Notes: generated from the sequence alone by a model not told the origin. A stretch of DNA of 64,000 bases from an uncultured Fibrobacterota bacterium (GCA_963753345.1 CAVWBU010000024.1:32001-96000); one strand, 5' to 3'. Positions 47,095 through 57,739 are shown, counted from the stretch's first letter. Made by a program: numbers and translations.

Positions 47095-48405
47095 ATGAAG
47101 GACATAAACATAGGCCTGGTCGGCGCGGGAGTTGTGGGCGGCGGGGTGGTTAAGATGCTGTCCCAGAAGGCGGCCTATTTCCGCGAAAGCCTGGGTCTTC
47201 CGCTTGTCCTTAAGCGGATCGCAGACAAGGCCGCCAACCGCTTCACGGAGCTGCCGGTGGGCACTGCGGTGTGCACCGAAAATGCCGATGATATCCTGAA
47301 CGACAAAGACATTCAGATTGTGATCGAGCTGGTCGGTGGGACCGCCTTTGCACGGTCTCTCATCACCTCGGCGGTCTCGAAGGGCAAGCACGTGATCACC
47401 GCGAACAAGGCGCTTATCGCGGAATGCGGCCCGGAACTTTTCCAGCTTGCCGAAAAGAACAACGTGTCCATACTCTTCGAAGCCGCGGTGGGCGGCGGCA
47501 TGCCCGTGATAAAGACCATCCGCGAGGCCCTGCTTGCCAACGAGATCACCATGGTGAAGACCATCATCAACGGCACCTGCAATTACATCCTTACGCAGAT
47601 GGCCGACAAGGGCCTTCTGTTCGACACCGCGCTCAAGAAGGCGCAGAAGGCCGGCTTTGCCGAGGCCGACCCGACGCTCGACATCGGCGGCGGCGACAGC
47701 GGCCACAAGGTGGCCATCATGGCCTCGCTCATCCACGGCGGGTATGTTCCCCTTAACAAAGTGTACATCGAGGGCATCACCAATATTTCCAAGGAAGACA
47801 TCACCTTTGCCCAGGACCTGGGATACTGCATAAAACTGCTCGGCATCATCCGGAAGACCCAGGGCGACGACCGCGTTGATGTGCGCGTGCACCCGGCGAT
47901 GCTCCATCGCAAGCACATCCTGGCCTCGGTGGGCGACGTGTTCAACGCGGTCCTCCTCGAGGGAAACGCGGTGGGCGCCACGCTCCTGTACGGCCGCGGC
48001 GCGGGCGAACTGCCCACGGCCTCAGCCGTGGTGAGCGACATCGTGGACGTTGCGAGGAACATCTCGTCCGGCGCGCCGAAGCGCATCCCCATGAGCTACT
48101 ACCGTCTTGACAACGAGATAAAAGTGAAGCCCATCGGCGAAGTGGTGTCCCGGTACTACCTGTGCTTCTGGGTGTCCGACAAGCCGAAAGTCCTGGCGTC
48201 CATAGCGGCCGTGCTCGGCAATTATTCCATCTCGATCGCCTCGGTGCTCCAGAAGGAGTCCACCGAGGAAAGCTGTGTGCCCGTCATCTTTCTCACCCAC
48301 AAGGCGGTGGAGAAGAACATGCGCGACGCGCTCAAGGAAATCGAGACCATGGAGTTCATCAAGAAGCCGACGCACGTGATAAGGATAACGGGGCAGACGT
48401 ATTAG
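47095..48405 (+). CDS. hom: Homoserine dehydrogenase with C-terminal ACT domain
   Basis: GAGVVGGG, TANK, EAAVGGGMP, INGTCNYIL, AEADP, GRGAG..PTASAV and DKPKVL motifs. Confidence 0.96.
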   Translation: MKDINIGLVGAGVVGGGVVKMLSQKAAYFRESLGLPLVLKRIADKAANRFTELPVGTAVCTENADDILNDKDIQIVIELVGGTAFARSLITSAVSKGKHVITANKALIAECGPELFQLAEKNNVSILFEAAVGGGMPVIKTIREALLANEITMVKTIINGTCNYILTQMADKGLLFDTALKKAQKAGFAEADPTLDIGGGDSGHKVAIMASLIHGGYVPLNKVYIEGITNISKEDITFAQDLGYCIKLLGIIRKTQGDDRVDVRVHPAMLHRKHILASVGDVFNAVLLEGNAVGATLLYGRGAGELPTASAVVSDIVDVARNISSGAPKRIPMSYYRLDNEIKVKPIGEVVSRYYLCFWVSDKPKVLASIAAVLGNYSISIASVLQKESTEESCVPVIFLTHKAVEKNMRDALKEIETMEFIKKPTHVIRITGQTY

Positions 48406-48413
48406 GATTTTTG

Positions 48414-48508
48414 CGCCTCACCCTTTCCCCCCCACCCCCTCTTCCCCTCTCCACTCGTGGAGAGGGGAAGAGGGGGTGGCCGACAGGCCGGGGAGATGAG
48501 GTGAGGCG
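48414..48508. repeat. Long purine/pyrimidine-segregated palindrome (REP-like)
   Basis: Perfect arms ccaccccctcttcccctctccac / gtggagaggggaagagggggtgg inside outer IR cgcctcacc/ggtgaggcg. Confidence 0.8.
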
Positions 48509-48549
48509 AACGAAAAAGCAAATTTCACTATTAACCAGAATTTGTCATC

Positions 48550-49896
48550 ATGAATAAACCACATCTTCGTCCCTTCGGCAAAAGCGACAAAACCTACCCC
48601 ATCACCGACATCAGATACCGCAGCGACGACGGCCGCACGCTCGAGGTTGACAATTGCATCGCTCCCATGGACGCAAGAAAAGCGTCCGCGCTGCGCGCAC
48701 TGTTTGACACAAGGCTCATGTCGCGCAAGCCCCTTGACAGAAGCGGCGTATGGCGCTACCGGGAGTTTTTGCCCGCGTTCAAACCGTATGGCGGCGTGGT
48801 TACCATGGAAGAAGGCAACACTACGATTTTCGACATGCCGAAATGCGCGGCGTTCTGCGGCATTGATTCTCTTTTTGCAAAGCACCAGGGGCTCAACCCG
48901 ACCGGCTCGTTCAAGGACAACGGCATGACCACCGCTGTCACCATGGCAAAAAAGCTCGGCGCGACCATGGTGGCGTGCGCGTCAACCGGCAACACCTCGG
49001 CCTCCATGGCCGCGTACGCGGCGCGCGCGGGCATGAAGAGCATCGTCTTTATCCCGGACGGCCAGATCGCGTACGGCAAGCTGTCGCAGTCGCTCGACTA
49101 CGGCGCGCTTACCATCCAGATCGCGGGCGATTTCGACAAGGCAATGGAGATCGTGGAAAGCCTGTGCAACCGCGGAAAAATTTATCTGCTCAATTCGATC
49201 AACCCGTTCCGCATCGAGGGACAGAAGACAATCATGATCGAAATGCTCCACCAGCTTTCGTGGAAAGCGCCGGACTGGGTGATTGTTCCGGGAGGGAACC
49301 TGGGCAACTCCAGTTCGTTCGGGAAGGCGTTTGACGAAATGGTGCGGGCGAAGTTCATCAAGAAGGCCCCGAGGATCGCGGTGATCCAGGCGCAGGGCGC
49401 CAACCCGCTGTACAACAGCTTCGTGTCGGGCGACAGAACGCTGCATCCGGTTCACGCCGACACACGGGCGACCGCCATCAAGATAGGAAATCCTGTAAGC
49501 TTCGACAAGGCGGTGTTCGCGGTGGATTCCACCAAAGGCACGGTGGAACAGGTTGACGAACAGGAAATCGCTGCGGCCAAGTCCTTTATCGGCAGGGACG
49601 GCGTGGGGTCCGAGCCCGCCTCGGCCACCACGGTGGCGGGCTGCAGGAAACTTGTCGGAAAGGGAATTGTCGGGAACTCCGACAGCGTGGTGTGCATCCT
49701 CACCGGCCATCTTCTCAAGGACCCGGACTATACCGTTGAATTCCACAGGGACGAACTGTATCTTGACGCGCAGCGAAACACAACATTGTCCGGCACCAAG
49801 CGTATTTCCACCGGCGGGTTGCATAATAAACCGGTGAAGCTTCCCGCGGATGAGAATGAGATTATAAAGTATATAGATTCGTGGGCGAAGAAATAA
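48550..49896 (+). CDS. thrC: Threonine synthase
   Basis: NPTGSFKD (PLP Lys), CASTGNTSAS, NSINPFR.EGQKT and PGGNLGN motifs. Confidence 0.95.
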   Translation: MNKPHLRPFGKSDKTYPITDIRYRSDDGRTLEVDNCIAPMDARKASALRALFDTRLMSRKPLDRSGVWRYREFLPAFKPYGGVVTMEEGNTTIFDMPKCAAFCGIDSLFAKHQGLNPTGSFKDNGMTTAVTMAKKLGATMVACASTGNTSASMAAYAARAGMKSIVFIPDGQIAYGKLSQSLDYGALTIQIAGDFDKAMEIVESLCNRGKIYLLNSINPFRIEGQKTIMIEMLHQLSWKAPDWVIVPGGNLGNSSSFGKAFDEMVRAKFIKKAPRIAVIQAQGANPLYNSFVSGDRTLHPVHADTRATAIKIGNPVSFDKAVFAVDSTKGTVEQVDEQEIAAAKSFIGRDGVGSEPASATTVAGCRKLVGKGIVGNSDSVVCILTGHLLKDPDYTVEFHRDELYLDAQRNTTLSGTKRISTGGLHNKPVKLPADENEIIKYIDSWAKK

Positions 49897-49912
49897 TAAT
49901 AGTGTTCTTGGT

Positions 49913-50394
49913 GGGGGAAGTGTCCCCCTAGGGTGCGGCTTCCGTCGCCTCCTTGATAAATGCAAAACCAGAAAATCCGGAGGCGACGGCGATCCGCACC
50001 CATACCCCCTCGTGGGTAGCCCCCAAGAAAGCTGATTTGCAAGAAAGAAACATCGGCTGCGGGGGCACCGAGAAAGAGAGTTGAATAGTTGAGAAGTTGA
50101 GGAGTTGAAGAAGATCAAAACAAATTGGTGATCTTTTCTTCGAGAATTCAAGCTGGCGCAGAAAAAGGACGTGGCTGAATATATTTCATCCTGCCGCGCG
50201 TTAGGCAGGACTGGAAAAATGGTCCCGCTGATGCGGGATGCGCCCTGACCGCGGCCGGAGGGCCTTTGTGGCAGGCAGCCCGAGGCCGAAGGCCGACGAC
50301 CCTTGTGACCCTTGGAAATCCCTGGCGAGGGAGAAGCACCCGAAGGGGTGGACCGGAAGGAGGGCCGACCCGAGCGTGGCGAGGGGAACGCCCA
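49913..50394. repeat. Composite structured repeat: module B (+, 49913-50080) and module A (-, 50191-50394)
   Basis: gggggaagtgtccccc...tacccc...gggtagcccccaag...gggggcacc; 8-mer agttga repeats in the spacer; ctgccgcgcgttagg...gaggggaacgccca. Confidence 0.9.
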
Positions 50395-50424
50395 TCTCTA
50401 TTTGAAAAGGAAAAAGGATTAACG

Positions 50425-51616
50425 ATGAAATATATAATATTAGTAGGCGACGGCATGGCCGACTTCCCCATCCCCGAGCTTGACAACCGCACACCGCTCG
50501 AATACGCCAGGACCCCGAACATGGACGCAGTGGCGAAGGCGGGCCGCGTGGGGCTCGTAAAAACCGTTCCCGACGGTGTCCCGCCGGGCAGCGACGTGGC
50601 CAACATGTCGCTTATGGGATACGACCCCGTGAAGTACTATTCCGGCCGCGCACCTATCGAGGCGGCGAGCATGGGAATCGCGCTTGACAAAACCGACGTG
50701 GCGTTCCGCTGCAACCTGGTGACGCTCAAGTGCGGGCTCATGGAAGACTATTCCTCGGGCCACATTGAGACGCCGGACGCACACGAAATAATTGCTGCTT
50801 TACAGAAGGAACTCGGCGCTCCGGCCGTGACATTCCATCCCGGCGTGAGCTACCGTCACCTCACCGTGATTTCTCATTTCCCGGATGGCAAGCTCGACTG
50901 CACGCCGCCGCACGATATTTCCGGAAAGGCCTACGGGGAACACCTTCCCTCGGGGTGCGGCCAGGATATTGTCCGGCGCCTCATGGAGGATGCCCGGCCC
51001 GTGCTTGCCTCCTCGCCCGTCAACAAACGGCGCGAAGCGCAGGGAAAAAAGCCCGCCACCGACATCTGGCTGTGGGGCCAGGGAAAGGCCGTGTGTGCTG
51101 CCCACGATGAAGGAACGGTTCGCGATTTCCGGGTCCGTGGTTTCGGCGGTGGACCTTGTGCGCGGCCTTGGCGTGCTGGCGGGACTCAACGTGCGCATCG
51201 TCCCGGGCGCCACCGGCTACCTCGGCACCAACTACGCCGGCAAGGTCGCGGCCGCCCGCGAGGCCCTTGCGAAAGAGGACTTCGCGTTCGTGCACGTGGA
51301 GGCGCCCGACGAGACCTCGCACGAGGGCGACCGCGAAAAGAAACTGCAGGCCATCGAGGAGTTCGACAAAAACGTCGTGGGCGAGGTGCTCAAATTCCGC
51401 GAAACATTCCCCGATCTCCGGATCATGGTGCTCCCGGACCACGCCACGCCCCTGTCGCTCAAAACCCATCACGCCGCGCCGGTTCCGTTTGCCGTGTGCG
51501 GAAAAGGCGTTGATCCGGACGGCAGTCTTGCGTATTGCGAAAAAGCCGCGGTTGGGAAAAAGATGTATACGGGAGTGACGCTGTTTGAGACGTTTATAAA
51601 AGGCAAATTTGAATAA
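50425..51616 (+). pseudogene. apgM: ApgM-family cofactor-independent phosphoglycerate mutase / proposed homoserine kinase, with +1 frameshift
   Basis: GDGMAD, GSDVAN, SYRH, PPHDI and WLWGQG in one frame; SAVDL, HVEAPDE.SH, PDH and TH in the next. Switch at gtgtgtg 51091-51097, probably an assembly error. Confidence 0.85.
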
Positions 51617-51636
51617 TAATAATACAATATTTTTGT

Positions 51637-52040
51637 GGGGGAAGTATCCCCCTCGCTCCGGCCGTCTCCGGCGTCCTCCGCTACCCCCTCCTGGGTGACC
51701 CCCAAGTAGGAGTAGTTGCAAGAATCAAGCACCTGTGTGGGGGCACCCACGGAGAGCAGTGAAATAGTTGAGAAGGCGAGACAGTAGAGAAGCTACAAGA
51801 TAAAACGTTGTTTTACTCCCTGGGGAATCCGGCTGGCGCAAAAAGATTGTTCTTGACAGAATGGATTCCTTCTGCCGCGCGTTAGGGGCGACTGGAGGTC
51901 CCGCCATAGCGGGATGCTGCCTGACCACGGCCCGAAGGGCCCTCGTGGCAGGCGGCCCGAGGCCGAAGGCCGAGACCGGAAGAAGAACCGACCCTTTGTA
52001 GAGCCGCATAGCAGTGCGGCTCTACAAAGGGGAACGCCCA
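51637..52040. repeat. Composite structured repeat: module B (+, 51637-51760) and module A (-, 51872-52040)
   Basis: Same conserved blocks; the terminal A hairpin is replaced by a perfect 17-bp stem. Confidence 0.92.
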
Positions 52041-52067
52041 CCTAAATGCATAATTGAAGAATTAATT

Positions 52068-53513
52068 ATGTTTGCACGATTCATCGAAAAAGCCCTCACC
52101 TTCCTCATCGACATCGTCGCCTTCAACGTTGCGTTTGCAACGGCATTCTGGATCCGGTACAAGAGCAATTTCTTTCCCGAAAGCTTCAACGCCGACATCG
52201 AGTTTTCGTCGTATATCCTATTGTCAATTACCGTCGCGGGCTGCTGGGCGGCGCTGTTTTTTGTTACCGGCCTGTACCGCGACTGGTACAAAGAGTCGCG
52301 GCTCGACGAGTTCTTCGTGGTCGTGCGCACCATTCTCATCGGCATCTTTCTCTTGTTTCTCATAACGAGCGCATCGCAGATCATCGATTTCGCGACCAGC
52401 GGCAATTTCGAACAGGTCTTTACAAGAACGAAGTTCGCTGTGCTGATCACCTATGCCGTGTGCCTCGTTTTCTTCACCACCGCAGACCGCTTCATCATGC
52501 ACAGCCTTCTGTCGTTCCTGTTTGTGCGCGGCATCGGCGTGAGCAAGGTGCTCATCATCGGCGCGCAGGAACCCGGCGCGCAGCTGCTCGACGAGCTGAA
52601 GCATTATCCCCAGCTCGGATACCAGGTGAAGGGCTTTGTCGACGACAACGGCAGGCTCACTGGCACGCAATGCGGCGGCCTTCCCGTGCTCGGCACCTAT
52701 TCCGACATTCCCGCTCTTGTCAAGAGAGACCGGGTGACCGGCCTCATCATTTCCCACGTGTCCGGTTCGGCAAACGAAATTCTCAAGATCGTCAACTACT
52801 GCGGCGAGCTCCGGCTCACCATTTCCATGGTGCCGTCGCTTATGGACGTAATCTCGGGACACCTCAAGACCCACCAGATCTTCGGCGTGCCGCTCATGAT
52901 CCTTCTCCAGGACCACATGCCCGCGTGGGAGGCGCAGATCAAGCGCATCACCGACATTGTCGTTTCGCTGCTCGTGTTGGCGCTCGGCGCGCCGGTCTGG
53001 CTGGCCGTTGCCGCGGTGATACGCCTCACCTCACCGGGCCCCGCCATTTACAACCAGGAACGCGTGGGCCAGAACGGCAAGCCCTTCATCATGCACAAGT
53101 TCCGCTCCATGTACCAGGACGCCGAAAAGCGCACCGGTCCCATGTGGGCAAAGGAAAAGGACCCCCGCATCACGCCCATGGGGCGTTTTATCCGGAAGAC
53201 AAGGCTTGACGAAATACCCCAGTTTTTCAACGTGCTGGTGGGCGAAATGAGCCTCGTGGGCCCGCGGCCGGAGCGGGCGTTTTTCATCCAGCAGCTCAAG
53301 CAGGAGATCCCCTGGTACGTCCGCCGCATCAAGATGAAGCCGGGCATCACGGGCTGGGCGCAGGTGAAACACAAGTACGATGCGTCAATCGAGGATGTCA
53401 AGCAGAAAGTGATGTACGACCTGTACTATTTCGAAAACATGTCCCTCATGCTCGACCTCAAAATAATGCTGCACACCATTCTGGTGGTGTTCACGGGCAA
53501 AGGGGCGCATTGA
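52068..53513 (+). CDS. Undecaprenyl-phosphate sugar phosphotransferase (WcaJ-like)
   Basis: KRITDI, KFRSM, DPRITPMG, LDEIPQ, SLVGPRPE and KPGITGWAQV motifs; CoA-binding-like central domain. Confidence 0.93.
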   Translation: MFARFIEKALTFLIDIVAFNVAFATAFWIRYKSNFFPESFNADIEFSSYILLSITVAGCWAALFFVTGLYRDWYKESRLDEFFVVVRTILIGIFLLFLITSASQIIDFATSGNFEQVFTRTKFAVLITYAVCLVFFTTADRFIMHSLLSFLFVRGIGVSKVLIIGAQEPGAQLLDELKHYPQLGYQVKGFVDDNGRLTGTQCGGLPVLGTYSDIPALVKRDRVTGLIISHVSGSANEILKIVNYCGELRLTISMVPSLMDVISGHLKTHQIFGVPLMILLQDHMPAWEAQIKRITDIVVSLLVLALGAPVWLAVAAVIRLTSPGPAIYNQERVGQNGKPFIMHKFRSMYQDAEKRTGPMWAKEKDPRITPMGRFIRKTRLDEIPQFFNVLVGEMSLVGPRPERAFFIQQLKQEIPWYVRRIKMKPGITGWAQVKHKYDASIEDVKQKVMYDLYYFENMSLMLDLKIMLHTILVVFTGKGAH

Positions 53514-53518
53514 AGAAG

Positions 53519-53623
53519 GTTGGAGCGTTGGTGCGTTAGAGTGTTGGAGCATTGGGAAATAATAATGTGTATATTTCATAGCTTCACAATCGCTCGAACG
53601 CTCCAACGCTCTAACTCTCCAAC
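53519..53623. repeat. Inverted arrays of an 8-mer (gttggagc x4 / gctccaac x4) around an AT-rich core
   Basis: Degenerate tandem units at 53519-53550 and their reverse complements at 53592-53623. Confidence 0.7.
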
Positions 53624-53647
53624 GGGCAACGTTATAAGGAACAATCT

Positions 53648-54064
53648 ATGAGCTCCCTCTACCGTTTCGGCGTCTCGCTCGAAAAGAGCCTTATCGATGA
53701 TTTCGACAGGCACATCGGCGGCAGGAACTACCGGAACCGGTCCGAGGCCATCCGCGACCTTATCCGCGAGGACCTTGTCAAAAAGCAATGGCTCTGCGGC
53801 AACGAGGTTGCGGGAGCGGTGGTCATGAGCTACGACCACCACAAGCGCGAGCTTGTCAACAAGCTCATGGACATCCAGCACGATTTCCAGAAGATCATCA
53901 TCTCGAGCCAGCACGTGCACATCGACCACCACAACTGCATGGAGATCGTTGCCGTCAAGGGCAAGGCGCGGGACGTGGAAAAGCTGACAAGCCTTTTAAA
54001 AGCGCAGAAGGGCGTGAAACATGTCGCGCTGTCGATGAGCACCACGGGAGAGGGACTGGAGTAA
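53648..54064 (+). CDS. nikR: Nickel-responsive regulator NikR
   Basis: RFGVSL RHH domain, NRSEAIRDLIR, YDHH and HVHIDHHNCME motifs. Confidence 0.96.
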   Translation: MSSLYRFGVSLEKSLIDDFDRHIGGRNYRNRSEAIRDLIREDLVKKQWLCGNEVAGAVVMSYDHHKRELVNKLMDIQHDFQKIIISSQHVHIDHHNCMEIVAVKGKARDVEKLTSLLKAQKGVKHVALSMSTTGEGLE

Positions 54065-54093
54065 AATTGCCGGGCCAAAAAACGGCCTCATTC

Positions 54094-54636
54094 CTAAACT
54101 TTCTTTCCCATTTCATGCGCTTGATTCATGGCTTCGCTTTTCTTGATCTCTCCAATGTTCCAGGCGCCGATTCCATAGATAATACCCTTTTCTTTTGCTC
54201 CGTCAAGGCAGGAGGTGAATGCCCTGAATCCTTCCAGCGTTCGTTCCATTGCCCGTTTATTGGTGTCGGCGGCAGTGACAATGAAATGGAAATCCTTGTT
54301 GCTGATTTCGGTATAGCGCGAACAACACCTGTCGATCAGTGTCTTCATCTGCCCGCACATGGTATAGAAATAAACGGGCGTGGCCATCACCATCACATCG
54401 GCCGCAACCATTTTCTCCAAGACTTCGGCCATGTCGTCTTTCTGTGGACACGGCTTTTTCCCTTTGAGACAGGCGCCGCACCCTGTACAGTAATTGATTT
54501 TCCTGTCTTTCAAAAAAATCTTTTCGGCATGATTACCGGCCTCCTGCGCTCCCCTTATTAATTGGTCGCACAGCAGGTCGGAATTCCCGCCCCTTCGCGG
54601 GCTGGAACTCAGAACCACTACTTTTTTGCCGCTCAT
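54094..54636 (-). CDS. Flavodoxin-like / iron-sulfur flavoprotein
   Basis: SSPRRGGNS, CTGCGAC...CPQKDD and ATPVYFY motifs. Confidence 0.9.
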   Translation of the reverse strand: MSGKKVVVLSSSPRRGGNSDLLCDQLIRGAQEAGNHAEKIFLKDRKINYCTGCGACLKGKKPCPQKDDMAEVLEKMVAADVMVMATPVYFYTMCGQMKTLIDRCCSRYTEISNKDFHFIVTAADTNKRAMERTLEGFRAFTSCLDGAKEKGIIYGIGAWNIGEIKKSEAMNQAHEMGKKV

Positions 54637-55556
54637 AGCGTTATCTCCCGAATCTGAAGCGATGATAGATTGATTTTTCCCAGTCCAAACTCGTACGCCA
54701 TTCTGGTCGTTCGAACCTCTTCACCTTTGATGCCGAGGAGATTAGCACCATACACATCCATAGCGACCCGGTCCACACCGGCGAACACTTTCTGCGGTGC
54801 GACCATTTTTCCGGGACCCTGCGGCCCATTCGTCGTGATCATTTGTGTGCCGTCGAAAATACACAGATCCGGCTTTCGTAAAAGATTTATATCTGCGATG
54901 CATTGTGAGAGGAACTCGACATCGTCGTAGGAGCCGCTTGTCCCTGATGATCCGGCGTGGAAAAAGCGGTTGGTGCTGCGGGACGTTGCACCCATCATGT
55001 TCTTCATGGTGCCGGTAAACCGGACCCCATTGTGATTTTTGGCAATCGGCATGTTGATGAGCACATCGCAATTCAGCAATCCTTTCGCGATTTCGGCTTT
55101 CTTGAGCGACCGGCCTTGCGGAATGGAAACATTTACCAATTCATCTCCGCGAAATCGGATGACCTTCGCCTCATCATGGGATTTCTCGGTGCGCGCGCTG
55201 CGGCTCCAGTAGGAGTCATCGAGGCTTTTGAAAACCCAGATTTCCCTGGCGCCGGCATCCAGGCACATGCGGATTACCGCCAGGGCAATCTCCGGGTTCA
55301 CGTAACTTCCCGGATACTTCCAGGGAGAATTGATTAACAGGCCCACGCTCGATTGTTTCGATACGAACTTGGGCATTCCGCCGAGGATTTCAACGGCCTT
55401 AATCGTGTTCCCGAAGTAATCCGTACCCTTTACCGCCGCGATGTCGACATTGACATCAGCGAACGCCAATCCCATTGTACCGCTTCCCAGGATCGTTGAT
55501 GCGCCCAGTAACGCGCCGCTTTTTATAAACGAGCGGCGACTGATTGATTCACTCAT
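54633..55556 (-). CDS. DUF362 domain protein with Tat signal
   Basis: SRRSFIK Tat motif; INMPIAKNH, MKNMMG, GPQGPG and DRVAMD motifs. Confidence 0.85.
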   Translation of the reverse strand: MSESISRRSFIKSGALLGASTILGSGTMGLAFADVNVDIAAVKGTDYFGNTIKAVEILGGMPKFVSKQSSVGLLINSPWKYPGSYVNPEIALAVIRMCLDAGAREIWVFKSLDDSYWSRSARTEKSHDEAKVIRFRGDELVNVSIPQGRSLKKAEIAKGLLNCDVLINMPIAKNHNGVRFTGTMKNMMGATSRSTNRFFHAGSSGTSGSYDDVEFLSQCIADINLLRKPDLCIFDGTQMITTNGPQGPGKMVAPQKVFAGVDRVAMDVYGANLLGIKGEEVRTTRMAYEFGLGKINLSSLQIREITL

Positions 55557-55583
55557 GTGGATTCCCCTTTCTCCAATACCATT

Positions 55584-56588
<1,005 letters not shown>

Positions 56589-56891
56589 CTATTAAATCAG
56601 CAGCAAGGACGAGATGTACCTCATGATACCAAAATAAGCAAGGCAATGCTTGGAGGACAAATACAAAAGGCGGGATTTCAGATACAATTTTACTATGCTG
56701 CCCTTGCGGCAGGCGCACCGACATTTCCCGGAATTGAAAAAATCTTGGATCAACCATGTTCAGTATTGTCAAAACATTTATTTTAATGGACAAAGGACAG
56801 TGAGAATCCGTTAGCAAGGTGACAAAATGAACAAACTCTCACAGGGTAATTTACGCAGCCACGGTAAGCATGGGAGCAGGGTGTTAAGTAC

Positions 56892-57718
56892 ATGAACAAA
56901 TCGTCATCCGTCAATACGACAATGCCCGTCCTCTTCCTCGGCCACGGCAGCCCCACCAACGCGATCGAGGACAACGAATTTTCGCGCGGCTGGCACAGGA
57001 TCGCGCAGACATTCTCTCGGCCCAAAGCCATTCTTTGCATTTCCGCGCATTGGGAAACGTGGGGCGCAATGGTAACGGCAATGGAAAAACCCCGCACCAT
57101 CCACGATTTCGGCGGGTTTCCAAGGGAGCTTTACGAAGTGCAATACCCTGCTCCGGGCAGCCCGGCACTTGCGGGTGAAGTCAAAAGGTTGTTGAACAAG
57201 AATGGGCTTATGCTCGATCATGAATGGGGCCTTGATCACGGCTGCTGGAGCGTTATTTCGCGCATGTATCCTGACGCCGGTATTCCCGTGGTGCAACTGA
57301 GTCTGGACACGTCGCGGCCCGCGCAGGAGCACTACAAAATCGCGCACGGAGCTGGCACCGCTCAGGTCACAAGGCGTGCTCATTGTCGGGAGCGGAAACA
57401 TGGTGCATAATCTCAGGCTGGTTGAGTTCACGCAGAGACACCATGAGCGACTTCAACAAGCCCTTCGGACTCGATTGGGCCATTGAGGCAAATGAGATTT
57501 TCGAGAAGTTGATTAATGATAATCTTCACAACAAACTGATCAATTACCAGTCCCTTGGAAAATCCGTTCGGCTCGCCGTTCCCACGCCGGAACACTACCT
57601 GCCGATGCTGTATGCGCTTGCGCTGAAGGAAAAAGGGGAATCGGTCGCCTTCTTTAACGACGTGCCGGTGGCGGGTTCGCTCACCATGACGTCGTTTGTG
57701 ACAACAACGACGGATTAG
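56892..57718 (+). pseudogene. ygiD: 4,5-DOPA dioxygenase extradiol (YgiD/LigB family), with two +1 frameshifts
   Basis: GHGSP, SAHW, HDFGGFP and DHG in frame 1; GSGNMVHNL in frame 2 (after ~57347); PTPEHYLP in frame 3 (after ~57433). Confidence 0.85.
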
Positions 57719-57739
57719 CTTCCCGAAATCGCCGGCCGG

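Noticed and set aside
51085-51100. Programmed ribosomal frameshifting in apgM-like, katG or ygiD
   Set aside because: No slippery heptamer or stimulatory structure; several unrelated genes are affected, which points to assembly error.
51834-51875. TGGCGCA...TTGACA next to module A as a sigma-54 or sigma-70 promoter
   Set aside because: There is no TTGC at the -12 spacing and no -10 box 16-18 nt after TTGAC. Kept only as an unexplained conserved motif.
8217-52040. A/B repeats as a CRISPR array, integron attC array or tRNA/rRNA
   Set aside because: Copies are long, dispersed and in both orientations between housekeeping genes. There are no regular spacers, cas genes, integron integrase, GTTRRRY cores or cloverleaf.
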